From a virus (lineage: Duplodnaviria; Heunggongvirae; Uroviricota; Caudoviricetes), in IMG/VR virus record IMGVR_UViG_3300042934_000563: a stretch of DNA of 64,000 bases, one strand, 5' to 3'. Every line of letters starts with the position of its first letter. Position 1 is the stretch's first letter. Of this stretch, positions 25,891 to 34,878 are shown one piece after another. The notes under the pieces are model-generated. The model had not been told where the DNA came from, searched no databases, and saw only the letters and a list, made by a program, of their open reading frames with translations. Position numbers and translations under genes: made by a program.

Positions 25891-26691
25891 CTACGCAACC
25901 ATTCCAGAGAGCATCGACAATTAGCAACTAGGTGGATGGGGGCTGTGAGGTCGCCGGGGTATCGGATGTCTCCGGTGGGGGTGTGGAAGATGTCGCCGAT
26001 GGGGATGGCGGTTCCGTCGAGGTAGGCGTGTTCGGGTCGGACGCGGAGGTCGCGTTCGGAGATCCAGCGCTTGTGGGTAAATCCGAGTGTGGCGGCGATC
26101 CGCTCTTGTGCTCCGAACACTGCCTCTCGGGTGAGCCAGCGGGCGGTGAGGGTGGAGAACGATTCGACGCGGCTCTGTTGGATGCTGCGGGTGCTTGTGG
26201 TGGTGCTGCGTCGGTCGAACATGCTGTAGATGTCGGTGGTGGATGTCGTCGACGTTGTGAATGTGGAGATGCGTTGTGATGCGCTGTCGATGACGCTGGA
26301 GGCTACGTCGCGGGCTACGGCGTTGAGGTCGCCGCTGTATTGGCCGGTGCGGTCCATGCTTTGGAGTCGCCGGAAGATGAGGGGGTGGATGATGAGCATG
26401 AGTGCGCCGCGTACGTACTCGGTGATGCCGTTGGCTGCGCCTTTCACCACTTGGTATGTGGGGAACAGGACACCTTTGGCGATGACGCTGCCTAGGTGGC
26501 TCTCGTCGTCGCCGTCTGGTGTGAGTGCGTTAGCTGCCATGGCTGCGAGGATGGCGGTGACCAGGATGGGGGTGATGCTGCCTTCGGCCTGGTCTAGGGC
26601 CTCTTCCAACTCGGCGACCTGTGGGGACGGCGGGGGCTGCTGTGCGGGGGGTGTCTCGGGTGGCGGCTGCTGCGGCTCTGCGGGGGCGGTC
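25887..26691 (-). CDS. MuF-like head morphogenesis protein
   Basis: C-terminus 'RWISERDLRVRPEHAYLDGTAIPIGDIFHTP...IHLVANCRCSLEWL' matches the Mu F-like domain signature (D.RVRp.H..ldG... nCRC). The ORF-track frame extends to 26933, but its first approximately 80 aa look like out-of-frame junk, so a GTG start near 26691 is proposed. Confidence 0.55.
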
Positions 26692-26692
26692 A

Positions 26693-27112
26693 CTATGCGG
26701 CTTTCGGGGTCGGGCCGTGTGCGAGGGTGACGGCGTTGCCGAACGGGTTGTAGCTGCGGAGTCGGGATCCGCACGCGCACGCGCTGCTCGGTGTAATTGC
26801 TAGTTGCTGCCCTGATTCGAGGGTGAGGGTGATGAGGCGTCCGGTGTAGGTGTCGATGCTGGTGACGTTCTCCAGGACCATGCAGTCGGGGTCGGCTCCA
26901 CGGTTGTTGGAGGTCCAGGCTCCGGCGACCCATCCGCCTTCGGGGTTGGCGATGAGGAGGAATCGGGCTGCGGTTACGCCGTTGCTGCCCAGCGTGGCGT
27001 TTGCTGGGTACAGCGACACACCGATCCGTGCGACTCCGTCGGTTACTAGTGTGCTGAGGTCGTACACGTCGCCCCTATCGTCTGAACCGTGTGGGGGCTG
27101 TGTAGGCCCCAT
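26693..27112 (-). CDS. hypothetical protein
   Basis: 139-aa ORF overlapping the terminase 3' end by 38 nt. Confidence 0.4.
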   Translation of the reverse strand: MGPTQPPHGSDDRGDVYDLSTLVTDGVARIGVSLYPANATLGSNGVTAARFLLIANPEGGWVAGAWTSNNRGADPDCMVLENVTSIDTYTGRLITLTLESGQQLAITPSSACACGSRLRSYNPFGNAVTLAHGPTPKAA

Positions 27113-28793
27113 TGCCGCCCAATCCTATGTCGCGTTGTCCGATACGTAGGTGTCGTGATCGGCGCGCCCTGGTGATTACGCGCTGTTTGCCGTCCTTCGG
27201 TGTTTCGGCGTCGGGGTCCTCGGTGAGCGGGGACAGGTAGCCGCGTTTGCGGAGGTAGTCGTCTTCGGGGTAGCGGCCAGCGGGGTTGTGGTCGCGTACG
27301 TCGACGGACATCTCGGCGGGGTTACCGGCGATGGTGACCTTTCCGACCATCTCTTTCGGGGGTGCGATAAGTAGTGCGGTGACGGCGTGGACCAGGGCGT
27401 CGAGGCGGTCGGGGGATGCTAGTCCGATGCCGGGGGCCCAGCTGGTGAGCTGTCCTTCCAGTTCGGGGAACCAGTCGGCGTGGCGGACAGCTCCACGCTC
27501 GTAGGCGGTGCCGACGGGCTCCGCGCGCTGCTCTTTGGACACTGCGGCGTGGACTAGGACCACGGGGACGAATGGGTCCTCATGTTGGATGACCATGCGG
27601 ACCATTTCGCCGCCCTGGTTTTTCTCGGCGACAACTACGGCGCGGTATTTGCGCGCTAGCCGCACGACCTCTTTGGCCCATGTCTGCGGGGGCCCGAGGA
27701 GGGATCCGTCTTCGATGACGTATGAGGTGCGCTTGTAGTGCTTTTTCTCGCCGGTAGCGCCGACGACGACGATGCCGCATTCGTCCTTGGGGGCGCTGGA
27801 CACTGAGGGGTCTACGCCGATGACGCGGTGGGGGAGGCTCGTCCACCACATCGGGTTGTCTTCCGGTGGGGCGAATCGGTTGTCGTCGATGGTGGGCTGG
27901 TTGAGTAGTGCGCCGTCGACATCGGTGAGTAGCTCGCCCTCCAGCTCCTGTTTACCGAGGGCGGTTCCGGCGTACATGCTTTCGACCTGGTCTTTGTACT
28001 CCGCCGACAGGGCCTTGTTGGCGCGCGTCGGGCCACGTACCAGGAGGACGTTTTCCGGTTCGTCCTCGGCCTGTTTGACCAGGTCCAGGATCATCGGGAC
28101 ACGCTTCGGGGTGGTGGCAACGAAAATCTGTGGCTTGTGCTTGCGGACGGTGCCATCGGGGAGCGTCTCGTCGTACGTGAGACGGGTGAGGAGTTTGACC
28201 TGGTCGAATGCGTTAGCGAGGCCGGTGCCTGGGTTCGATCGGTATGCCGCAACCTCGTCACAGAAGCTGGCGTGCGCCTGGATACCTCGGAGAGAGTCGG
28301 GGCGTTCAGCGGAGTAGCAGAGGGCGGTGGAGCCGTTCGCCCACGTCAGTCGACGCGTCGCCGGGTTGTACTTCGGGCGTTCTGCGGGGTTGACGATATT
28401 CATGATGCCCGAGGATCCGAGGATCATAACGTCGCGGACATCCGAGGTAGTTCGTCCGAGGAGGAGTAGCCGGGATCCGGGATGCGACATCGCATAGTTG
28501 TGTAGCGCGATGGACAGGACGTGCGACTTACCCCAACCACGACCGGCCAGAGCAACAGTCATCCACACACTGGAGTTCGCTAGAGCGATCTGTGACGGGC
28601 GGAGCCAGAAATCGGAATCCCACTCCAGCTCTTCCATATCGACGCCCGCGAGGACCTTCTCCCGCTCCTCCTCGGACATCTGCGCCACCTGGTCAGCGAG
28701 AGACATGTCCTCGTCGGGACCGAAGAACAGGCCCACGTTCGCACCAGGCTTGTATGTGCTACGTGTCCGCTGCGGCGCGTCGTCATCACTCAT
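27075..28793 (-). CDS. terminase large subunit
   Basis: 572 aa. Walker A 'LAGRGWGKSH'. Conserved nuclease-half motifs. First gene of the leftward structural operon. Confidence 0.9.
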   Translation of the reverse strand: MSDDDAPQRTRSTYKPGANVGLFFGPDEDMSLADQVAQMSEEEREKVLAGVDMEELEWDSDFWLRPSQIALANSSVWMTVALAGRGWGKSHVLSIALHNYAMSHPGSRLLLLGRTTSDVRDVMILGSSGIMNIVNPAERPKYNPATRRLTWANGSTALCYSAERPDSLRGIQAHASFCDEVAAYRSNPGTGLANAFDQVKLLTRLTYDETLPDGTVRKHKPQIFVATTPKRVPMILDLVKQAEDEPENVLLVRGPTRANKALSAEYKDQVESMYAGTALGKQELEGELLTDVDGALLNQPTIDDNRFAPPEDNPMWWTSLPHRVIGVDPSVSSAPKDECGIVVVGATGEKKHYKRTSYVIEDGSLLGPPQTWAKEVVRLARKYRAVVVAEKNQGGEMVRMVIQHEDPFVPVVLVHAAVSKEQRAEPVGTAYERGAVRHADWFPELEGQLTSWAPGIGLASPDRLDALVHAVTALLIAPPKEMVGKVTIAGNPAEMSVDVRDHNPAGRYPEDDYLRKRGYLSPLTEDPDAETPKDGKQRVITRARRSRHLRIGQRDIGLGGNGAYTAPTRFRR

Positions 28794-28839
28794 AGTTGCT
28801 TAGTCTAAGTACATAGTTGTCCCGTGATAATCTCCCGCC

Positions 28840-29043
28840 ATGCCCGAAGCCGGATTGAACATCACCATGGTCGACCGCGTAAACGAACCCACACCCGAAC
28901 AACACTGGCAAGCCTTCCAGGCTATTTGCGTTGTGGCGGACTATGATCGGCGAATCGTCGCGGAACTAGCCAGCAAGCTAGGACTGGACCTCCAGGCGAT
29001 CAAAAAATATCGGAACGACACGCGGACAAATAGTGCCGCATAA
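28840..29043 (+). CDS. hypothetical small protein
   Basis: 67-aa ORF starting the rightward block, divergent from the terminase. Confidence 0.45.
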   Translation: MPEAGLNITMVDRVNEPTPEQHWQAFQAICVVADYDRRIVAELASKLGLDLQAIKKYRNDTRTNSAA

Positions 29044-29060
29044 GCCCAGAGGACCCGTAA

Positions 29061-29441
29061 ATGCCGTCTGAACCGCTAGGTTTCCAGCCCCCCACCAACG
29101 ACATCAGCACCCCTCGAACCAGCACCACCATCAAAGTCGCACCCACCGCCTCCACAGACCCCCGACCACCCGAAGTCCGCATACTCGAAGACGCCCGAGA
29201 CACCATCACCGGAGAGCGCCTAGACCAGTACGGAGCCGCCGAAGACAGCTTCGGAGGCATCTCCGTCTACTGGCGCAACCACATCAAATTGAAGTACGGC
29301 ATGGACGTACCCCTGGACAACATGGACGCCGCGATCATGATGACGCTGTTCAAGCTCGCACGGGAAGCCAACGCACCCAAACGGGACAACCGGTTGGACG
29401 GCATCGGCTACTTAGCCCTAACCGAGAGAATGGTCGATTAG
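29061..29441 (+). CDS. hypothetical protein
   Basis: 126-aa ORF. Confidence 0.5.
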   Translation: MPSEPLGFQPPTNDISTPRTSTTIKVAPTASTDPRPPEVRILEDARDTITGERLDQYGAAEDSFGGISVYWRNHIKLKYGMDVPLDNMDAAIMMTLFKLAREANAPKRDNRLDGIGYLALTERMVD

Positions 29442-29480
29442 CCCAGGTCAGAGGGCTGCAAAAGTTTTTCTCGGGTAGGG

Positions 29481-29497
29481 CTTGCGCTAATGGTGGA
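29481..29497 (+). promoter_or_regulatory. copy of TTGCGCTAA-N5-GAC motif followed by TATAGT
   Basis: TTGCGCTAATGGTGGACGTGTGGATATAGT. The downstream leader, including ...CCGAGGAGCCCAC(A/G)ATGAT, is nearly identical to that of gene 10488. Confidence 0.5.
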
Positions 29498-29553
29498 CGT
29501 GTGGATATAGTTCTCTCATCACCAACCGCCCAGCCCGACCCGAGGAGCCCACG

Positions 29554-30084
29554 ATGATTGCAACGGCCAAGCAAATCGACTACATCAACACCCTCATCGC
29601 CCAGCGCGCCGAAATCTTCACCAACGCTGGCGACACCATCGCCGCACAGGCTGTCCTGGACGCCGCTGCAACCATCGACATGAACAACATCGACCGCAAC
29701 GCCATCGACAACCTCAAGGCCGGTAACGCCAAGCTCCGCAAGGCGATCAAGCCCCTCACCTCCACCAAGCCTGCCAGCGACGCCCTCACCGATGGCATGT
29801 ATCGCATCGCCGACGGACGCATCTTCAAGCTCCAGTGGAACCGCGAAAAGACTCACGTCTACGGCAAGGAACTCATCACCACCACCGAGGACGGCACCAC
29901 CTACGCCGAGTTCGTCTACACCCCCGGCATCCTCCGCCTCCTCACCCTCGCCGACAAGATGTCCCTGGACGAGGCCAAGGAATACGGAGCCCTCTACGGC
30001 ACCTGCTGCGTCTGCGCCCGCACCCTCACCAACGAAGCGAGCATCGAAGCCGGTATCGGCCCCGTCTGCGCCACCAAGTTCTAG
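29554..30084 (+). CDS. hypothetical protein with C-terminal Cys-rich zinc-ribbon-like motif
   Basis: 176 aa. C-terminal 'YGTCCVCARTLTNEASIEAGIGPVCATKF' (C-x-C...R-x-L-T...S-I-E-x-G-I-G-P-x-C). Confidence 0.6.
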   Translation: MIATAKQIDYINTLIAQRAEIFTNAGDTIAAQAVLDAAATIDMNNIDRNAIDNLKAGNAKLRKAIKPLTSTKPASDALTDGMYRIADGRIFKLQWNREKTHVYGKELITTTEDGTTYAEFVYTPGILRLLTLADKMSLDEAKEYGALYGTCCVCARTLTNEASIEAGIGPVCATKF

Positions 30085-30097
30085 ACCCCCACAGACT

Positions 30098-30128
30098 CCC
30101 CCCGGCCCACAAAGGCCGGGGGGTTGGT
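30098..30128 (+). terminator. rho-independent terminator
   Basis: CCCCCCGGCC-cacaaa-GGCCGGGGGG followed by TTGGTTT. Confidence 0.5.
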
Positions 30129-30161
30129 TTACCCATCCCAACCCACAGAAAGAGGCCCACA

Positions 30162-30313
30162 TGTCCGACCAGACAGCAAAGCGACGCGAAGAAGAGGACC
30201 GCCGCCGACGCGCCTCCTCCGACCCCACCCCGTACGTCGACACCTCGGGCGGATCCACCTCCGACTCCAGTTGTGACACAAGCAGTTCGGGCGGAGGGTG
30301 TGACTTCGGCTAG
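30162..30313 (+). CDS. hypothetical small Arg/Ser/Cys-rich protein
   Basis: 50-aa ORF. Its leader 'CCCACAGAAAGAGGCCCACATG' is duplicated at 30447 upstream of the gene at 30469. Confidence 0.35.
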
Positions 30314-30320
30314 CGCCTGA

Positions 30321-30356
30321 TACGGTACGGACAGTCCGGGCGGTCCGTCCGTACCG
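30321..30356 (+). terminator. 10-bp perfect-stem hairpin (CGGTACGGAC...GTCCGTACCG) before the tRNA
   Basis: Seen directly. Confidence 0.45.
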
Positions 30357-30359
30357 CAA

Positions 30360-30435
30360 GCCCCTATAGCTCAGTTGGTAGAGCTGCGGACTTTTAATCC
30401 GTATGTCGTAGGTTCGAGCCCTACTGGGGGCACCA
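30360..30435 (+). tRNA. tRNA-Lys (anticodon UUU), CCA encoded
   Basis: Folded by hand. Acceptor stem GCCCCTA/TGGGGGC. D-arm GCTC-AGTTGGTA-GAGC. Anticodon arm GCGGA-CTTTTAA-TCCGT gives UUU. T-arm TAGG-TTCGAGC-CCTA. 3' ACCA. Confidence 0.85.
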
Positions 30436-30468
30436 CACCCGCACCACAACCCACAGAAAGGTAAGCCC

Positions 30469-30696
30469 ATGGAACATGCTTGGGAGAAGTCGACAAACAC
30501 AGAGGAATGGTCGTCGACTACCCGAATCGACGGACTCGGAACCCTGGAGCTGTCCGTCTACCGACCAGCCCCCAACCAGTTCCACTGGGGGATCCTGGAC
30601 GACAACGAAGAGCACCTCGCCACCGGGATCGCCATGTCCCTACACCAGGCAGATGCACAAGTCAGCGAAGCTCTCACCGAGCTAGAGGAGGAGTGA
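30469..30696 (+). CDS. hypothetical acidic protein
   Basis: 75-aa ORF. Confidence 0.45.
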   Translation: MEHAWEKSTNTEEWSSTTRIDGLGTLELSVYRPAPNQFHWGILDDNEEHLATGIAMSLHQADAQVSEALTELEEE

Positions 30697-31136
30697 ACAC
30701 CAGACCCGCATGGCCGTACGCGGTGGCCGCACTAGGGGTAATGACAGCGTTGGCATTAGCATTCAACCCAACCGAGTACACCCCCGCCCCCGCACCTAGT
30801 AGCGCGACGTTTTCTACAGCTCTCCCACTGCCAGACCGTCCGCTACACCCTCCAGGCGTGGCGGCTCACCAGATCGGAACGACCCCCATGCTCCCGAGTG
30901 ACTACGGCCTAGAAAAAGAGCCGTTCAACAGTGCCCACTTCGCATTCCTGGAAACCCACGGAGACAACGCAACCAAACTCGCCGCCGCCCTCGCCATCTA
31001 CCAATTCACCATCGACGCGAAACGCCCGCTACCCGAACACCCAACCCTCACCGCCTACCCATCCCTCACCGAACAACGCGACTACCTCAAGTCGCTCACA
31101 GAGATGGCCGAACAGGAGCAATCCACGTATGAGTGA
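30695..31136 (+). CDS. hypothetical membrane-anchored protein
   Basis: GTG start overlaps the upstream stop (GTGA), with GAGGAGG just upstream. N-terminal TM 'WPYAVAALGVMTALALAF'. It is part of the longer ORF-track frame 30480..31136. Confidence 0.45.
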
Positions 31137-31383
31137 GACACCCACCCCCGACAACGACACCGGGGCCATCAGCTACAAAGCGACGATGGTCAACGGCGAC
31201 GAAGCGACCGTCACAGTCTCGGGATTCAAACACGGCGCAACCGCCATCCGAGCACTCATCCACACCGGCAGTCCCGAAGTTATCGAGTCCCTCATGCAGG
31301 AACTCGCCGAACAAGGTGACCTATCCATCGTCACCCTCGCCCTGGAGCTTGGGGCCGAAGCGGAGAAACCGGATCGACGGTGA
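31127..31383 (+). CDS. hypothetical protein
   Basis: Internal ATG of track frame 30931..31383, overlapping the upstream stop. Reads MSETPTPDNDTG... Confidence 0.4.
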
Positions 31384-31718
31384 CCAACTACCACATCGAC
31401 GCACTCCACACGGTCATCCGTAACACGCTCTGGGGTATCCCCTACCCGGACATCATCGCCATCGCCAAAGCCCTACACGAGGCCGGATGGACCCCCGGAG
31501 AGCCACCTACCATCACCCACGCCGACGATCTGGACAACAAGTCCACCGGCACGGTCGTCATAGCCCCCGACGGCACCGTATTCCAACGTGCCACCGCCGC
31601 ATTCTTTTGCTGGTCATCCCCCGGAATCCTCTACCGGGCGTCCGGCGAAGACCTGATAACCCAATACGGGGAACTCGGGTTGCTCTACACACCCACCCAA
31701 CAGAAAGACACACCATGA
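31380..31718 (+). CDS. hypothetical protein
   Basis: 112-aa ORF, ATGA overlap with the upstream gene. Confidence 0.5.
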   Translation: MTNYHIDALHTVIRNTLWGIPYPDIIAIAKALHEAGWTPGEPPTITHADDLDNKSTGTVVIAPDGTVFQRATAAFFCWSSPGILYRASGEDLITQYGELGLLYTPTQQKDTP

Positions 31719-32581
31719 AGCGCACCGCCCTCGCAGTCGGCACCCTCGCCATCGGCACACTCCTCCTCACCGGCTGCACAGTCACCAGCAACGGGCCGGA
31801 CCAGGCTGCGGTCGTCTACGACGGAGGCCCGTTCTCCGCCGTCGAGTTCGACAGCTGCGTTAACCCGTCCGCCCGCGACTTCTCCGCCATCACAGACAGC
31901 TACTACCAGTACCCGGCAGGACAGCGAACCTACGTGTTCGACAGTGCCCAGAAGTCCGACGGCGGCATCATCGGCGACGTAGGGTCCTACTCCGCCCCGT
32001 CAAAAGATCAGCAGTCCCTCACCATCTCCGGGCAAATGCGTTTCCAGCTCAACACCGAAGACTGCGCCATCCTCCAGGAGTTTCACGAAAAGATCGGACG
32101 CAAGTACGGCAGCGGCGAAGACTCCCAGTGGAAGGATCTGCTAGCCGTCTACCTCTCCCAGCCCCTCAACCGCGCCATCACCGACGCAACCCAACAGTTC
32201 GTGTGGGTTGACCTCTACAGCAACGTCGACGGCGCACAGGGCAAGTGGGAGGCCAAGGTCAAGGAACTCCTCCCCGCCTACATCAAGCAGGCAGCGGGCG
32301 GCGACTACTTCAACAACATCGACATCACCCTCCAGAAGCCGACGGTGTCCCCCGAGATGCAAGCCAAGATCGACGCCGTAGCACAGGCAATCCAGGACAA
32401 CCGCGCACAGACCGAGCGCAACACACAGGTCCTGTCCGAAGCGGAGGGGCTCAAGCCCCTCATGGACCTGTTCAAGGGTGACCAGGACGCACTGAACGTC
32501 TACCTGGCTATCAAGGCTGGCAAGCTCACCGGAGTCCTCCCGGTACCGGCAGGTAGCCCCGTCATCGTCCAGCCGAAGTAA
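31715..32581 (+). CDS. lipoprotein
   Basis: Internal start MKRTALAVGTLAIGTLLLTGC of track frame 31487..32581. This is a signal peptide plus lipobox LTGC. 288 aa. Confidence 0.6.
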   Translation: MKRTALAVGTLAIGTLLLTGCTVTSNGPDQAAVVYDGGPFSAVEFDSCVNPSARDFSAITDSYYQYPAGQRTYVFDSAQKSDGGIIGDVGSYSAPSKDQQSLTISGQMRFQLNTEDCAILQEFHEKIGRKYGSGEDSQWKDLLAVYLSQPLNRAITDATQQFVWVDLYSNVDGAQGKWEAKVKELLPAYIKQAAGGDYFNNIDITLQKPTVSPEMQAKIDAVAQAIQDNRAQTERNTQVLSEAEGLKPLMDLFKGDQDALNVYLAIKAGKLTGVLPVPAGSPVIVQPK

Positions 32582-32586
32582 CCGAC

Positions 32587-32784
32587 ATGGTCCGCCTACT
32601 CCCCCTCGCAGTGCTCGCAGTCCTCGGAATCATCGCCCTGGTCATCTACTACCGCAAGCACTCCGGCGAACTGTCCCCCATCGTCAAAACACTGTCCGTC
32701 ATCGTCGGAATGTTCGGTATCGCATTCGTCGTCATGTTCGGAATCTGGGGACTCACCGCATTAGGCAACCAGATCGGCAATTAG
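32587..32784 (+). CDS. small two-TM membrane protein (holin-like)
   Basis: 65 aa with two hydrophobic helices. Last gene before the convergent terminator. Confidence 0.45.
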   Translation: MVRLLPLAVLAVLGIIALVIYYRKHSGELSPIVKTLSVIVGMFGIAFVVMFGIWGLTALGNQIGN

Positions 32785-32807
32785 CAAGTAAGGTCACAGC
32801 AAGCCCC

Positions 32808-32848
32808 CTACCACCTGTTTTCCAACGGTGGTGGGGGGCTTTGTCATG
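32808..32848. terminator. bidirectional rho-independent terminator at the convergence point
   Basis: CCCCCTACCACC-tgttttccaac-GGTGGTGGGGGG followed by CTTTGT. The plus-strand block and the minus-strand tail-fiber operon converge here. Confidence 0.6.
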
Positions 32849-32850
32849 CT

Positions 32851-34518
32851 CTAGGAGATGCGGACGAATGTGTCCGCGCCGGGGATAACGTACGGCGCGG
32901 GGGCGACGAACGTACCGGCGCATGTGATGTAGATGTAGTCTCCCGCGACAAAGTTTCCGGTGTAGGTCATGACGGCTTCGTAGTTCGTGCCGACGCCCGC
33001 ACCTGAGACGGTCACCGATGCAAGCTGCGTCGCCGCCGCGTTTTTCAGTAGCCGCCACTGGAACGATGGGGATCCGGTAGCCGAGTTCGTTTGGTATCGG
33101 ATGAATACCTCAACTTTGGCACCTGTTTTCGTTATCGGTATGACGAGCCGGTCCGAGGTGACCGTTGATTCGGGGTCGGCGGACCACCCTACTACCTGTG
33201 TCTGCGTGCCTGAGTTGACGAGTGTGTGTTGCGTGGTCAAGTGCATCCCTGCAATGACTGTCATCGGTTCGACAACGAATGTCGCCCCTAGGTATGGCAT
33301 CGAGATAGAGGGGATGACGTTGACGATGGGTTGGACGCCAACGTCGACGGCTGCGCCGGTTGCGACGGTCATTACGCTGTTATCTCCGTTGCTTGCAGCG
33401 GCTACGGACTGTTGCTGTACCAGTTCGGTCATGGGTGCGCCCCATGAGGAGTAGGTCGGACCCGACGGGGTCGGGGGGTTGCCGATGACAGCGCGGACAA
33501 CGAGGCTGTTCTCTTTCGTCGTCGTCACAGCTGGGGTTGTGTGCGGGCTAGGCGCTGTTCCCGAATAGTTTTTCGCGGTTGCAAAAATGGTCGGAATCAT
33601 CGCTCCGGGAATTGTCAGTACGACGGCAGATGAGGCGGTGCCGTATCCACCAACGTCCAGAGTGAGGGTGTCCGGGTCCATCGGGCGTTTTACCCTGGTG
33701 GCTACCGCGATACCTGGGTCGTACCACGATGAGTCTTCGCCAAGTTCGGGCCATGAGCTGGGGAAGCTGGCAGATTTTGCCACCATTCCGAGGATGATGA
33801 CTCGGAGGTCTCCGGTGTTGGCTGGTGGGAGGGTGACCACCCAGTTGTTTGTCCCCGATCCGCTTGTGTATGCGGATGGGGTCGGGGAGGGCCTGCGCGC
33901 GATGGCGGAGAGGACACCCTCTGCGGTGAAGCCTGCGGTGACGGGAACGCCGACGTTGCCGATGCTGAGCGTGCTATCTCCGGTGAAGGGTGCGGCGACG
34001 GCGTAGCGCGTGAAGTTGGTGGCGCTGAGTGTTCCGACTCCGGCGTACGTGGCGTTGCGGAACTCGCGGGCGACGGTCGCGCCGGTCGCGGTGCCGGTGG
34101 CGGTGAAGTTGGCGGGGCGTTTGATCTGGGAGAACGCCACGCCGGTCGCGGTGCCGGACGCGGTAAATGGTGCGTCGACGGCGAACCCTCCGCCGATGGC
34201 GACGATTCCTACGCTGAGTTGGCCGGATCCGGTGAACGCTGCGTTGGTGATGCCCTTGCCCAGTGCTGCGGCTGTGAGGGTGGCGGCTGCGGTAAACGGT
34301 GCCGTTACCGTCGACACCTGGTTAACGGCTGCGGTGAGGGTGCCGGTCGCTCCGAAGCGGGCGGTGAGGATGCCAGCGGGGATCCACCCTCCGGGGATCG
34401 AAATTCCGGGGACTCCGGGGTATGTGGAGCGGGCGCGCGGTATTCCTGGCAGCACACTAACGCGGCCTGGCACTCCGGGGAGCGGGCCGTGTGTTTTCGG
34501 GCGTGCCGGGAATGCCAC
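32851..34518 (-). CDS. tail fiber / minor tail protein with collagen-like N-terminus and tandem approximately 20-aa repeats
   Basis: 555 aa. N-terminal GPLPGVPGRVSVLPGIPRARSTYPGVPGISIPGG. At least 8 tandem 'FTA.GT.T...' repeats. C-terminal beta-rich domain. Confidence 0.6.
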   Translation of the reverse strand: MAFPARPKTHGPLPGVPGRVSVLPGIPRARSTYPGVPGISIPGGWIPAGILTARFGATGTLTAAVNQVSTVTAPFTAAATLTAAALGKGITNAAFTGSGQLSVGIVAIGGGFAVDAPFTASGTATGVAFSQIKRPANFTATGTATGATVAREFRNATYAGVGTLSATNFTRYAVAAPFTGDSTLSIGNVGVPVTAGFTAEGVLSAIARRPSPTPSAYTSGSGTNNWVVTLPPANTGDLRVIILGMVAKSASFPSSWPELGEDSSWYDPGIAVATRVKRPMDPDTLTLDVGGYGTASSAVVLTIPGAMIPTIFATAKNYSGTAPSPHTTPAVTTTKENSLVVRAVIGNPPTPSGPTYSSWGAPMTELVQQQSVAAASNGDNSVMTVATGAAVDVGVQPIVNVIPSISMPYLGATFVVEPMTVIAGMHLTTQHTLVNSGTQTQVVGWSADPESTVTSDRLVIPITKTGAKVEVFIRYQTNSATGSPSFQWRLLKNAAATQLASVTVSGAGVGTNYEAVMTYTGNFVAGDYIYITCAGTFVAPAPYVIPGADTFVRIS

Positions 34519-34527
34519 TGCGGCCTC

Positions 34528-34875
34528 TTACGTGATGGTGATGGTGGGGGTGACCAGGATCTGCCCTTGTGCTCCGAGGGTGGTTGCGGTGATGAGGACT
34601 TTGTCGACGAACGATCCACCTGTTGCTGCATTCCAGATGCCTGCATAGGTGTAGGTGCCAGCGGGTACGTCGATAGTGACCTGGGAGCCGGTGGCGACGC
34701 CGTCGACGGCTCCAGCGGTCCACGATGTGGCTTTGCGGGCGTAGGCGGGTGAGCCTCCGGTCGCTTCGCTGGCTCCGGTGCTACCGGGGTCTCCGGTGTG
34801 GAGGCTGATGTAGGACCCGAGGGTCGTGTAGGCGGTGGCTAGGGATTCTTTGGAGGCGTTGACTGCGATAGCCAT
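34528..34875 (-). CDS. minor tail protein
   Basis: 115-aa Gly/Thr/Ala-rich beta protein between two tail-fiber genes. Confidence 0.45.
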   Translation of the reverse strand: MAIAVNASKESLATAYTTLGSYISLHTGDPGSTGASEATGGSPAYARKATSWTAGAVDGVATGSQVTIDVPAGTYTYAGIWNAATGGSFVDKVLITATTLGAQGQILVTPTITIT

Positions 34876-34878
34876 TTT

